A model generated the notes under the pieces. That model ran no database searches, was not told where the DNA came from, and worked only from the letters and a program-made list of their open reading frames with translations. 64,000 nt of DNA from Octopus sinensis. Lineage: Eukaryota. Shown one piece after another: positions 1 to 12,697 of this stretch. Position 1 is the stretch's first letter; each line of letters opens with the position of its first letter. The stretch covers positions 10,912,001 through 10,976,000 of the forward strand of contig NC_043011.1 in assembly GCF_006345805.1 (NCBI RefSeq), in the 5' to 3' direction. The position numbers and the translations under genes are program-made.

Positions 1-1352
1 ACGTGTACTTGAAAAACAACAAAAAAGTTTAGTGATCTGTTAGGTGACAATAAGTTAAATGACTGACAATAAGCTTATATTTATCCAAGATATCACTAAA
101 ATCTCAAAAGTTTTCAGGTAAGGAAGTGTCAAAGTGTTGCATATGTGTACTCGAAAAACAGCCAAAAATTTACTAATCTGTTAGGTAGTGATAATTTACT
201 TGATTGATAAAATTTTAAAAGTTTTCAGGTAACAAAGAGTCAAGGTGTTGAACATGTGTACTTCAAAAACGACAAAAAATTTAGATAAGTTAAATGATTG
301 ATAATAAGCTTATATTTATCGAAGCGACCACACTGTAACCTAAAAAGATTTTAGGTTACAGTGTGAAAATATTGCAAATGTATACTTCAAAAACAAAAAA
401 TTTAGTGTCACTAAAGATATCACTAAAGTCGTAAAAGTTTTCATGTAAGAAAGTATCAAAATAATGCAAACGTGTACTTAAAAAGCAGAAAGAAAATTCA
501 CTGATCTGTAAGTCAAATGATCGATAAAATAACTAAAGTCTCAAAAGTTTTCAGGTAAGAAAGTGTCAAAATATTGAAAATGTGTTTCTGGAAAAACAAC
601 AAAAAACTTTAGGGAACTGTTCGTTAAAGAAGCATATATTTATCCAAGATATCATTAAAGTCTCAAATGTCTTCAGATTACAAAGTTTCAAAATAATGCA
701 AATGTGTACTTGAGAAACAACAAAAGTCTCAAAAGTTTTCAGGTAAGAAAGTGTCAAAATGTTGAAAATGTGTACTTCAGAAACGATAAAAAATTTAGTG
801 GGTAAAGATAAGTTAAATGATTGATAATAATCCAATATTTATCCAAGATATCATTAAATCTCAAAAGTTTTCAGGTTTGAAAGTGTAAAAATGTTGCAAA
901 TGTGTACTTGATTATAACGGTTTTCAGGTTACAAAGTGTCAAAATGTTGAAAATGTGTACTACTTAAAACAACAAAAAATTTTGTGATCTGTCAGGTAAA
1001 TAGTTTTGATAATAAACTAATATTTATCCCAGATATTAGTAAATCCTAAAATTTTTATGTTGGAATGTGTCAAAATGTTACAAACGTGTACTCGAAAAAC
1101 AACAAAGAATTTACTGATCCGTTAGGCAGAGATAAGTTACTTGATTGATAATTAGCTTATATTTATCCAACATTGATAATTAGCTTATATTTATCAGAGA
1201 TATCACTAAAGTCTCAAAACTTTTCAGGTTGGAAAGTGTCAAAATGTAAATGTGTACTTGAAAAACAACAATGTAAAGAGATCTGTTACGTAAAGAAGCA
1301 TATATTTATCCAAGATATCACTAAAGTCTCAAAACTTTTCAGGTAAGAAAGA
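1..1352. repeat. ~141-bp AT-rich satellite array (orientation A), runs off left edge
   Basis: Recurrent monomer aaagtctcaaaagttttcaggtaagaaagtgtcaaaatgttgcaaatgtgtacttgaaaaacaacaaaaaatttagtgatctgttaggtaaagataagttaaatgattgataataagcttatatttatccaagatatcact (consensus read by eye, ~141 nt), with diverged and truncated copies. Confidence 0.9.
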
Positions 1353-2462
1353 GTAAATTAGTAAATTTCTTGTGTATGATGTAGATTTTGCCATTTTATT
1401 ATATTGTGTGCTATTTGGTTATCTGGTATCCACCTTGAGTTTTATAGTCACTACAGGGAATTTTGTGTCGTGCTTCCGCACTTCAGGTTACAAAGTTTCA
1501 AAATAATGCAAATGTGTATACAATGGCGCGCGCTCGCGCACCGTCTATTTCTTTTTCGCGCAAGCAGCGACTGAAGGCGGCGGTCACGTATATTTTTTCT
1601 CCGTCCGAACTTGATTCTAGCAGCACCTTACCAAAAGGCCTCTAACCGGACGCCATCTTTGACCAGTATCGTTTTGCATTTGAACACTTTCTTATTTTAC
1701 AGCACTGACACATACTAAAGGGTACCAGATAACCACTTATTGTTACATTAGAGAATAAAGTAGTATATATATATTTTACGTCTGCATCTTGTTTCTGACT
1801 GGTAGAATTCTGGATTATTAAAGCAACGGCGAGTGATTGCTTTCTTGTACCCCGAAAGTACAAGAGAAGATCGGCAGGAGGACTTAACCAACATGAAGCC
1901 CAGTTTCAACTACAGCCGGCTATTACTGCCAATCCTGTACAAGATATTGTAGATCTTTAGCTGGGCTAAAAAGTCACAATCGATCACAGCACCAGTAGCC
2001 AAAGTCGATAATGAGGGGGCAGCCATCATCATCATATACATATGTGTGTGTGTGAGCTTTGTCATCTCCATTTGGAAAATTGATTATCAGTCGACTAATT
2101 CTGAATTGCCTCATTTTAGTGCATATTCTTGTAGTTACTGTTAAATTTATCATTATATTAGTATTTAATATTAATTACATATCATATTAAGATGTCCTCA
2201 TTATGCTAAATGAATGGGGGTATAAATGCACTTAATTTATTAATTAATTGATGATAATTATAATAATAAATAGTTTCGTTTGAATTACTAAATAGATTTA
2301 ATCATAATCATCATCATCATCGTTTAGCCTCCGTTTTCCGTGCTAGCATGGGTTGGACAGTTGAACTGGGGTCTGGGAAACCAGAAGGCTGCACCAGGCC
2401 CAGTCTGCTCTGGCAATGTTAGGCGAGGCTGACATCAGCCACGGACGGATTGGTGCATTTTA
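1353..2462. repeat. Rearranged inverted copy of ~7340-8567 (LTR fragment, spacer, RTE 3' UTR)
   Basis: Reverse-complement blocks match ~8443-8567, ~8377-8420, ~8193-8275 and ~7340-8157; ORF 1642..1863(-) has the same translation as 7939..8193(+) up to SKMASG. Confidence 0.9.
2301..2462 (-). mobile_element. RTE LINE 3' UTR fragment with (GAT)n tail
   Basis: catcatcatcgttt...tgctagcatgggttggac...gaaggctgcaccagg is the reverse complement of the 3' UTR of the RTE at 59022-60200. Confidence 0.75.
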
Positions 2463-5400
2463 TCTGTTAGGTAAAGATAAGTTAACTGATTGATAATAGG
2501 TTATATTTATCCAAGATATCACTAAAGTCTCAAAAATTTTCAGGTTAGAAAGTGTCAAAATATTGCAAATGTGTACTCGAAAAACAACAAAAAATTTAGT
2601 GATCTGTTAGGTTATACCTGTAAGTTTATATTTATCCCACATTCTTTAGTAAAGTCCCAAATTTTTTAGGTTCGAAAGTGTCAAAAATGTTTAGTGATGT
2701 CAGGTAAATATAAGTTAACTGAGCTAATATTTATCCCAGATATCAGTAAAGTCCCAAATTTTTTTAGGTTGGAATGTGTCAAAATGTTGCAAATGTGTAC
2801 TTAAAAAACAACAAAAAAATTTAGTGATCTGTTAGGTAAATATAAGTTGAATGATTGATAATAAGCTTATATTTATCCAAGATATCACTAAAGTCTTAAA
2901 AGTTTTCGGGTTAGAATATGTCAAAATGTTGCAAATGTGTACTTGGAAAACAACAAAAAAGTTTAGTGATCTATTAACTGATTGATAATAAGCTTATCAC
3001 TCAAGTCTCAAGAGCTTTCAGGTTAGAAAGTGTCAAAATGTTGAAAATGTGTATTTGAAAAACAACAAAAAAGTTTAGTGATCTGTTGTTACTTCATTGA
3101 TAATTAGCTTATATTTACCAGTCTCAAAAGTTTTCAGGTAAGAAAGTGTCAAAATGTAGGAAATGTGTACTCGAAAAACAACAAAAAATTTAATGATCTG
3201 TTTAATGATAAGTTACTTGATTGATAATTAGCTTATATTCATCAGAGATATCACTAAAGTCTCAAAAATTTTCAGGTTGGAAAGTGTCAAAATGTTGTAA
3301 ATGTGTACTTGAAAAACGACAAAAAAGTAAAGTGATCTGTTAGGTAAAGAAGCATATATTTATCCAAGATATCACTAAAGTCTCAAAAGTTTAAGGTAAG
3401 AAAGTGTCAAAATGTGGCAAATGTGGCAAATGTTTTTCAAGTAAAAAACAACAAAAAAGTTTAGGGAGCTGTTAGGAAGCAAGAGGTTTCAGGTCAGATA
3501 TCCAAGATATCAATAAAGTCTTAAAAGTTTTCAGGTAAGAAAGTGTCAAAATATTGAAAATGTGTTTCTGGGAAAACAACAAAAAACTTTAGGGAACTGT
3601 TCGGTAAAGAAGCATATATTTATCCAAGATATCAATAAAGTCTCAAATGTCTTCAGATTACAAAGTTTCAAAATAATGCAAATGTGTACTTGAAAAACAA
3701 CAAAAGTCTCAAAAGTTTTCAGGTAAGAAAGTGTCAAAATGTTGAAAAGGTGTCCTTCAGAAACGATAAAAATTTAGTGGGTAAAGAAAATAAATGATAG
3801 ATGATAATCTAATATTTATCCAAGATATCATTAAATCTCAAAAGTTTTCAGGTTGTTTGAAAGTGTAAAAATGTTGCAAATTGTGTACTCTTACCTGAAA
3901 ACATTTGAGTCTTTAGTTATTTTGCCTAACAGACCAGTGAATTTTTTGTTGTTTTTCAAGTACATGTTTCCATTACTTTGACACATTGTTACCTGAAAAC
4001 CTTTGAGACTTTAGTGATATCTTAGATAAATATAAGCTAATTATCAATCAACTTATCTCTCTACCCAACAGATCACTAAATTTTTTGTTGTTTTTCGAGT
4101 ACTCACTTGCAACATTTTGACACATTTTAACCTTAAAACTTTAGTGATATCTTGGATAAATGTAAACTAATTATCAATCTTGGACTGATAATTGGATTGA
4201 AAATCTCTACCTAACAGATCTGTAAACTTTTTGTTGCTTTTCGAGTACACATTTCCTACACTTTCAGTCTTTCTTACCTGAAAAGTTTTAAGACTTTAGT
4301 GATATCTTGGATAAATATATGCTTATTGTCAGTCATTTAACTTTTTGTTACCTAACAGATCACTAAACATTTTGTTGTTTTTCAAGTACACATTTTGACA
4401 CTTTGTAACCTGAAAACTTTAGTGAAATCTTGGATAAATTATCAATCAAGTAACTTATCTTGTTTGAAGGTAAGAAAGTGTCAAAATGTAGGAAATGTGT
4501 ACTCGAAAAACAAAAAATTTAATGATCTGTTAGGTAGCTAACAGATCATTCAATTTTTTGATGTTTTTGGAGAACACATTTGCAACATTTTAACACTTTC
4601 TTACCTGAAAACTTTTGAGACTAGTGATATCTTGGATAAATATATGCTTAACCTACCTTTACCTAACACATCACTAAATTTTTTTGTTGTTTTTCAAGTA
4701 CACATTTACAACATTTTGACACTTTCTAACCTGAAAACCTTTGAGACTTTAGTGATGTCTTAGTTAAATATAAGCTAATTATGAACCAACTTATCTCTCT
4801 ACCCAACAGATCACTAAATTTTTTCTTGTTTTTCGAGTACACATTTGCAACATTTCGACACTTTCTAACCTGAAAACTTTTAAGACTTTATTGATATCTT
4901 GGATATCTAAGCTGAAACCTCTTGAGACGAGTGATATCATGGATAAATATATGCTTCTCTACCTAACAGCTCCCTAAACTTTTTTGTTGTTTTTCAAGTA
5001 CACATTTGCAACCTTTTGACTCTTACCTGAAAACTTTTGAGTCTTTAGTTATTTTATCAATCATTTAACTTATCTTTGTCTGTTAGACCAGTGAATTTTT
5101 TGTTGTTTTTCAAGTACTCGTTTCCATTACTTTGACACATTGTAACCTGAAAACCTTTGAGACTTTAGTGATATCTTAGATAAATATAAATTAATTATCA
5201 ATCAACTTATCTCTCTACCCAACAGATCACTAATTTTTTGTTGTTTTTCGAGTACTCACTTGCAACATTTTGACACATTTTAACCTAAAAACTTTAGTGA
5301 TATCTTGGATAAATGTAAACTAATTATCAATCTTGGACTGATAATTGGATTGAAAATCCCTACTTAACAGATCAGTAAACTTTTTGTTGTTTTTCAAGTA

Positions 5401-7340
5401 CACATTTCCATTTTCACACTTCCCAACCTGAAAAGTTTTGAGACTTTAGTGATATCTCTGATAAATATAAGCTTATTATCAATCTTGGATAAATATAAGC
5501 TGATTATCACTTTAATTTGTTGTTTTTCAAGTACACATTTACAACATTTTGACACTTCCCAACCTGAAAATTTTTGAGACTAGTGATATCTCTGATAAAT
5601 ATAAGCTACTTATCAATCTTGTATAAATATAAGCTGATTATCAATCAAATAACTAATCTCTGCCTTACGGATCAGTAAATTTTTTGTTATTTTTCGAGTA
5701 CACGTTTGTAACATTTTGACACATTCCAACATAAAAATTTTAGGATTTACTGATAAATGTTAGCTTATTATCAAAACTTATATTTACCTGACAGATCACA
5801 AAATTTTTTGTTGTTTTTCAAGTACACATTTTCAACATTTTGACACTTTGTAACCTGAAAACCATTATAATCAAGTACACATTTGCAACATTTTTACACT
5901 TTTAAACCTGAAAACTTTTGAGATTTAATGATATCTTGGATAATTATTATCAATCATTTAACTTATCTTTACCCACTAAATTTTTTATCGTTTCTGAAGG
6001 ACACATTTTCAACATTTTGACACTTTCTTACCTGAAAAATTTTGAGACTTTTGTTGTTTTTCAAGTACACATTTGCATTATTTTGAAACTTTGTAATCTG
6101 AAGACATTTGAGACTTTATTGATATCTTGGATAAATATATGCTTCGTTACCGAACAGTTCCCTAAAGTTTTTGTTGTTTTCCCAGAAACACATTTTCAAT
6201 ATTTTGACACTTTCTTACCTGAAAACTTTTAAGACTTTATTGATATCTTGGATATCTAACCTGAAACCTCTTGAGAGGAGTGATATCTTGGATAAATATA
6301 TGCTTCTTTACCTAACAGCTCCCTAAACTTTTTTGTTGTTTTTCACTTGAAAAACATTTGCCACATTTGCCACATTTTGACACTTTCTTACCTTAAACTT
6401 TTGAGACTTTATTGATACCTTGGATAAATATATGCTTCTTTACCTAACAGATCACTTTACTTTTTTGTCGTTTTTCAAGTACACATTTACGACATTTTGA
6501 CACTTTCCAACCTGAAAATTTTTGAGACTTTAGTGATATCTCTGATGAATATAAGCTAAATATCATTCTTCAATAAATATAAGCTAATTATCAATCAAGT
6601 AACTTATCTCTGCCTAACAGATCATTAAATTTTTTGTTGTTTTTCGAGTACACATTTCCTACATTTTGACACTTACCTGAAAACTTTTGAGACTGGTAAA
6701 TATAAGCTAATTATCAATGAAGTAACAACATATCACTAAACTTTTTTGTCGTTTTTCAAATACACATTTTCAACATTTTGACACTTTCTAACCTGAAAGC
6801 TTTTGAGACTTGAGTGATAAGCTTATTATCAATCAGTTAATAGATCACTAAACTTTTTTGTTGTTTTCCAAGTACACATTTGCAACATTTTGAAATATTC
6901 TAACCCGAAAACTTTTAAGACTTTCGTAATATCTTGGATAAATATAAGCTTATTATCAATCATTTAACTTATACTTACCTAACAGATCACTAAATTTTTT
7001 TGTTGTTTTTTAAATACACATTTGCAACATTTTGACACATTCCAACCTAAAAAAATTTGGGACTTTACTGATATCTGGGATAAATATTAGCTCAGTTAAC
7101 TTATATTTACCTGACAGATCACTAAACTTTTTTGACACTTTCCAACCTAAAATTTTGGGACTTTCCAAAAAAATCTGGGATAAATATAAGCTTACAGATC
7201 ACTAAATTTTTTGTTGTTTTTCGAGTACACATTTGCAATATTTTGACACTTTCTAACATAAAAATTTTTGAGACTTCAGTGATATCTTGGATAAATATAA
7301 CCTATTATCAATCAGTTAACTTATCTTTACCTAACAGATA
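2461..7340. repeat. ~141-bp satellite array with orientation switch at ~3890 and a short inversion at ~4467-4535
   Basis: Monomers read ...caggtaagaaagtgtc... up to ~3889, then ...gacactttcttacctg... to 7340; 2461-3885 is nearly the reverse complement of ~5875-7340. Confidence 0.9.
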
Positions 7341-7490
7341 AAATGCACCAATCCGTCCGTGGCTGATGTCAGCCTCGCCTAACATTGCCAGAGCAGACTG
7401 GGCCTGGTGCAGCCTTCTGGTTTCCCAGACCCCAGTTCAACTGTCCAACTAGCATGGAAAGCGGACGCTAAACGATGATGATGATTATGA
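7338..7490 (+). mobile_element. RTE LINE 3' UTR fragment with (GAT)n tail
   Basis: aaatgcaccaatccgtccgtggc...ctagcatggaaagcggacgctaaacgatgatgatg matches the end of the 59022-60200 element. Confidence 0.75.
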
Positions 7491-8546
7491 TTAAATCTAT
7501 TTAGTAAGTCAAACGAAACTATTTATTATTATAATTATCATCAATTAATTAATAAATTAAGTGTATTTATACCCCCATTCATTTAGTATAATGAGGACAT
7601 CTTAATATGATATGTATTTAATATTAAATACTAATATAATGATAAATTTAACAGTAACTACAAGAATATGCACTAAAATGAGGCATCCAGAATTAGTCGA
7701 CTGATAATCAATTTTCCAAATGGAGTTAACATTGAGATGACAAAGCTCCCACACACACATATGTATATGATGATGATGGCTGCCCCCTCATTATCGAGTT
7801 TGGCTACTGGTGCTGTGATCGATTGTGACTTTTTAGCCCAGCTAAAGATCTACAATATCTTGTACAGGATTGGCAGTAATAGCCGGCTGTAGTTGAAACT
7901 GGGCTTCATGTTGGTTAAGTCCTCCTGCCGATCTTCTCTTGTACTTTCGGGGTACAAGAAAGCAATCACTCGCCGTTGCTTTAATAATCCAGAATTCTAC
8001 CAGTCAGAAACAAGATGCAGACGTAAAATATATATATACTACTTTATTCTCTAATGTAACAATAAGTGGTTATCTGGTACCCTTTAGTATGTGTCAGTGC
8101 TGTAAAATAAGAAAGTGTTCAAATGCAAAACGATACTGGTCAAAGATGGCGTCCGGAACAGGGAGAAGATGTGGTCTGCAACAATTTGGTTAAAGGCCTT
8201 TTGGTAAGGTGCTGCTAGAATCAAGTTCGGACGGAGAAAAAATATACGTGACCGCCGCCTTCAGTCGCTGCTTGCTGGACGCTGGTGGTCAATGTCTTAC
8301 GATCCCCTTGCCTCGGCTAACTGCTACGTAGGCAAAAGGGTTCTTCTTCCGGTGGTGAAAGCACCAACCCCGCACGCGCGAAATACAAATGGACGGTGCG
8401 CGAGCGCGCGCCGTTGTATAGGATCACTACAGAGCTCCACCCCAGTGCGTAAGCACGACACAAAATTCCCTGTAGTGACTATAAAACTCAAGGTGGATAC
8501 CAGATAACCAAATAGCACACAATATAATAAAATGGCAAAATTTACA

Positions 8547-8665
8547 TCATACACAAGAAATTTACTAAAGCAAAAAATACTCAAAATGAGCAAAATTCAA
8601 AATTGCATACACAAGAAATTTACTAAAGCAAAAAATACTCAAAATGAGCAAAATTCAAAATTGCA
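8547..8665. repeat. ~58-bp tandem duplication inside the LTR element
   Basis: catacacaagaaatttactaaagcaaaaaatactcaaaatgagcaaaattcaaaattg present twice. Confidence 0.85.
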
Positions 8666-9971
8666 TGCATGAAAGTGGATACGTCACGAAGTATAGAGCC
8701 TTCCGCTGTAGGGAAAGCAAAACTCACAGTTAATGAACCTAGGCGAAATTAATCCAACTTCTCTAAAGGTAGTTGATCCTGCGAAATAGCAGTTAAATCA
8801 ATTGCTGCAGGAGAGGAAATGGAATCGACAGATGAGATCGCTAGTAACACAAAAGCAAAAGTGCAATCATGCTGGTGTGATGCGCGACACAGATAATTTT
8901 CTCTGTTAATTACGTGACCAACAGGAGTCTAACAGGGAAAAATAATTACGCCCATACATAGGCGCAGCGCACGTGAACATCCGACATTCTATGAGTCGGG
9001 AAAAGAATTAAGCTAACGCAAACGTGTTGCAAAAAACAAGGCAATACACGTGCGAAGCAAAGGCGCATGAAATGCAATAGTGCTTGCCACACCGAAAAAC
9101 AGCAATGAATATGCCAGTGGTTGAGCGATTATATGCCTCGTTCATACAGGAACAAAAGTATGACAAACAACTCTCTCTATGTATACGTGACCCCTAGGGT
9201 CTATAGAAATGAGGTGTGTCCAAAAAAGGCATATTTAGCATGGAAAAAACAAGCGAGAAAAGCATGTGTGACGTATGTATGTGAGAGATAGCATTTATGT
9301 GTGTGTACGTGTGTGCGACAAAAATACATACAAGGTGAATGCGAGCAAAAATAAAAATACAGCGCATAGAAAAAATGTCTCTCATGGCTATCCCAGACAA
9401 TGGAGTTAATTTACCAGTCTCTAATAGCCTGATGCACAATAGCAGTTCGTTCTGTAACAGAATGTTGAAACCACAAATGCAGAGGCCGGTTGAACACATT
9501 GTGTAGCGATTGTAGCTTCGATGCTGTGACAGGTTAACTGGGTACAGAAGAAATCTCGTAGATAGTGCTGGGCTGTTAATTCTTGGCGCGCTATGCACGA
9601 ACAGCGTGAAAGCCAAAGTTCCGCGAGTTGCTATGTACATCTTGTGGAGGTCGACGGTGTTGAAAGGCGACGGTGGTGGTGGAAGGCGACTGTAGTGGAC
9701 TTGAGACAACATCGTTCTTAGTGATGATGGCGACGAAGATAACGACGACGTGAAGTAGAAAGACGACGATGGCGATGACGAAGGTGGAGAAAAGGCATCG
9801 TTGATATGATGGCGTTCGTCATCATGGCTGTAGAATAGAATAAGAAGAGAAACTGTTTGTGGTGGCCGGAAACAAATCGTCGAAAGATGACTGCGTAGAG
9901 TTAAATCGTGTTCCGACTTCGCAGAAAAACTGGATTTTTTTTGTTGTTCAGTGATCTCTGGTTTTAGACCA

Positions 9972-9991
9972 GAATCACGTCGGGGTCACCA
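9972..9991 (-). promoter_or_regulatory. Primer-binding site complementary to tRNA-Trp 3' end
   Basis: + strand gaatcacgtcggggtcacca equals the 3' end of metazoan tRNA-Trp including CCA; - strand reads TGGTGACCCCGACGTGATTC. Confidence 0.9.
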
Positions 9992-10509
9992 GTGTAACGA
10001 ACTTAGTGTGAATATATCTTCTCTTGTACTTTCGGGGTACAAGAAATAAATCACTAGCCGTTGCTTTAATAAGACGCAGACGTAAAAACAAGACGCAGAC
10101 GTAAAAGATATATATACTACTTTATTCTCTAATGTGGTAACAGTAACAATAAGTGGTTATCTGGTATCCCTTTGGTATAAATGTGTCAGTGCTGTAAAAT
10201 AAGAAAGTGTTCAAATGCAAAACGACACTGGTCAAAGATGGCGTCCGGAACAGGGAGAAGATGTGGTCTGCAACAATTTGGTTAAAGTTCGGACGGAGAG
10301 AAAATATACATGACCGTCGCCTTCAGTCGCTGCTGTCTCAAGTCGCTGCTTGCTGGACGCTGGTGGTCAACGTCTTACGATCCCCTTGCCTCGGCTAACT
10401 GCTACGTAGGCAAAAGGGTTCTTCTTCCGGTGGTGAAAGCACCAACCCCGCACGCGCGAAATACAAATGGACGGTGCGCGAGCGCGCGCCGTTGTATAGG
10501 ATCACTACA

Positions 10510-10835
10510 GCTCTCTTCCATATGCCTGACAGATATGATTAGTATGGTGTGTTACACCACCACTAGTGGCCAGGTTGTCACTCATCTGTCTCACTTTATG
10601 ACTACGAAGATGACTCTTGAGTCCAGCTTTACTGAGGCAGGGTCTTGCATAGACATTGCATGTCAGCATCAAAGAAAGACCCTTCCCATCTGGAAGTGTA
10701 ACAGCGATGCCATTCCTGACATTCCTCCTTACTTTCTCATGTGCAACTTGAGATTTCTCAAAAGTGGTTGTCCCCTCGTGCACAATCCTTCTCCACGATC
10801 AATAGCTATACCTTCCCATGTGTCAGGAATATACT
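10510..10835 (-). mobile_element. RTE-clade LINE C-terminal fragment
   Basis: Frameshifted peptides WEGIAIDR and CNVYARPCLSKAGLKSHLRSH, matching the RTE WE..A.DR motif and C-terminal zinc finger. Confidence 0.7.
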
Positions 10836-11096
10836 CACACACATACACACATATACATGTACACACATACATTCGCATATATATATATATACATACATAC
10901 ACATATATATACACACATGCATATATATAAACACATACATACATGCATGTATATACATTCACATACATATATATGCACACATATACCTGCATTAACAATA
11001 AATGATATACACACATATACATACATACATATGAATATCTCTGTACACATATATAAAGTTTCACATACCCATACACATACAAATATATACATATGT

Positions 11097-11420
11097 GAAG
11101 GCGCATAGCTCAGTGGTTAGAGCGTCGAGCTTACGATCATGAGGTTGTGAGCTCGAATCCCGGACCGGGCTGCGTGTTGTGTTCCTGAGCAAAGCACTTT
11201 ATTTCACGTTCCTCCAGTTCACTCAGCTGTAGAAATGAGTTGCGACGTCTTTCCCTTGGATAACACTAGTGGCATGGAGAGGGGAGGCTGGTATGCATGG
11301 GCGACTGCTGGTCTTCCATAAACAACCTTGCCCGGACTTGTGTCTAGGAGGGTAACTTTCTAGGTGCAATCCCATGGTTATTCATGACCGAAGGGGGTCT
11401 TTACCCCCTTTACCCTTTAC
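11097..11420 (+). mobile_element. tRNA-derived SINE with CORE-like domain
   Basis: Box A tagctcagtgg, box B gctcgaatccc, then tgtgttcctgagcaaagcacttt; (CCCTTTA)-like tail; inserted in an ATAC microsatellite. Confidence 0.8.
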
Positions 11421-11635
11421 ATATATATACATATATACATACATTCACACACATCTATACAAATATACATATGTACATATCCATATATATACATATATAT
11501 ATATCCATATGTATATCCATATATACACGCTCAAAAACACATATGCCTAACGACATATCGATGGCATCAGATAAATACAAAACAACATATACCCATGTAT
11601 ACAAGCACTTAGATGCATATACACAAATATATAGT

Positions 11636-11870
11636 TAGGGGTGGCTGTGTGGTATATATATATGCTTGTGTGTCTGTCTTTGTCCCCCCAACATCACTTG
11701 ACAACTGATGCTGGTGTGTTTACATCCCCGTAACTTAGCGGTTCAACAAAATAGACCAATAGAATAAGTTTTAGAAAGAATAAGTCCTGGGAGTGATTTG
11801 CTCGACTAAAAGTGGTGCTCCAGCATGGCTGCAGTCAAATGACTGAAACGAATGAAAATAAAAGATTAAA
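11636..11870 (+). mobile_element. Internally deleted copy of the octopus-type SINE family seen at 39594 and 58354
   Basis: Shares gtggctgtgtggta head and tgctggtgtgtttac...gtgctccagcatggc...gtcaaatgactgaaac tail. Confidence 0.8.
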
Positions 11871-11929
11871 AGAATATATACACATGCATGTACACGTATA
11901 AATTGATACATAAAAGTACAGATATATAT

Positions 11930-12630
11930 ACTATGTAAAAATATTTTTTCATTCTGATTCCACCCTACATCTATATACGATATTGTTCTGTAAAAATTAT
12001 TAAAGAAACATTTATTCTTATGTCTACAATCACAGTTTCTAGCTAGATCATTATCTATAATACAATTATTTTTTTTCTTTTATTGTAAAAATTGTCTAAA
12101 CTTTTAATATTAAAGGAGGATATAATTCTAAGCAAATTTTTAGATACTGAAAAAACTATCCTAATCCTTTTATTATTTATTATTTTATGATATTTATGTT
12201 CTTTATTAAAGTGCTTAGATATAGATCTGTAAAATAGCTTGACCAGATTCATTTTTATTTGTCGTGAATAAGGAAGGAAAGACCAAATATAATCATCTTC
12301 ATTATACTTAACATCATTGGGTGTATTTGGGTTGGTGTATATTCATTATCATTAGACCTAAGTTTATTTAAATATTTATTTTTATTCCAGTTATATTTAC
12401 TATCTTGTTCTTATTAATATTAATGCCATTGTTAATTATATCATTACTATTTACAAATAAATTGGATACTTTTCTACTAATAGTAGAAAAGTATCCAATT
12501 CATTTGTTGTCAGTCAGTTTTCCATTAGCATAATAAGATTTGTTGTAGTTCCCATTCTTATTACAATATACTGCTTTTAAAGGGCATCATTATAGTATTC
12601 AGCATTATTATTAAAGTTTTCCTCAATTAC
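11930..12630 (-). mobile_element. Penelope-like element fragment (Neptune-type linker and Cys region)
   Basis: EENFNNNAEYYNDAL ... YIWSFLPYSRQIKMNL...KHFNKEHKYHKIIN...RNCDCRHKNKC resembles the IIWFNPPYS...CNCR..CP motif. Confidence 0.7.
12460..12500. repeat. Perfect palindrome, 20-bp arms with 1-nt spacer
   Basis: aattggatacttttctacta-a-tagtagaaaagtatccaatt. Confidence 0.95.
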
Positions 12631-12647
12631 CTTTGTTTGTTACTTTA

Positions 12648-12695
<48 letters not shown>

Positions 12696-12697
<2 letters not shown>

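Larger units (their letters stand above)
7931..10509 (-). mobile_element. Non-autonomous LTR retrotransposon (~2.6 kb; LTRs 9993-10509 and 7931-8431), tRNA-Trp primed
   Basis: Two direct ~0.5-kb repeats; the intact one starts TGT and ends ACA; PBS lies 1 nt inside the 5' LTR; purine-rich ggggtggag lies just inside the 3' LTR on the - strand; no pol motifs in the 1.56-kb interior. Confidence 0.85.

Noticed and set aside
1-7340. Regularly spaced repeats as a CRISPR array, or satellite ORFs as genes
   Set aside because: Whole monomers repeat with no unique spacers and no cas genes; the ORFs are translations of the satellite
9972-9991. tRNA-Trp gene
   Set aside because: Only the 3' 20 nt including CCA are present, adjacent to an LTR: this is a PBS
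10310-10930. 206-aa ORF as a host gene
   Set aside because: Chance read-through of LTR, antisense RTE and microsatellite
11100-11172. tRNA gene (Val-like)
   Set aside because: Boxes A and B present but no acceptor stem; continues into SINE body
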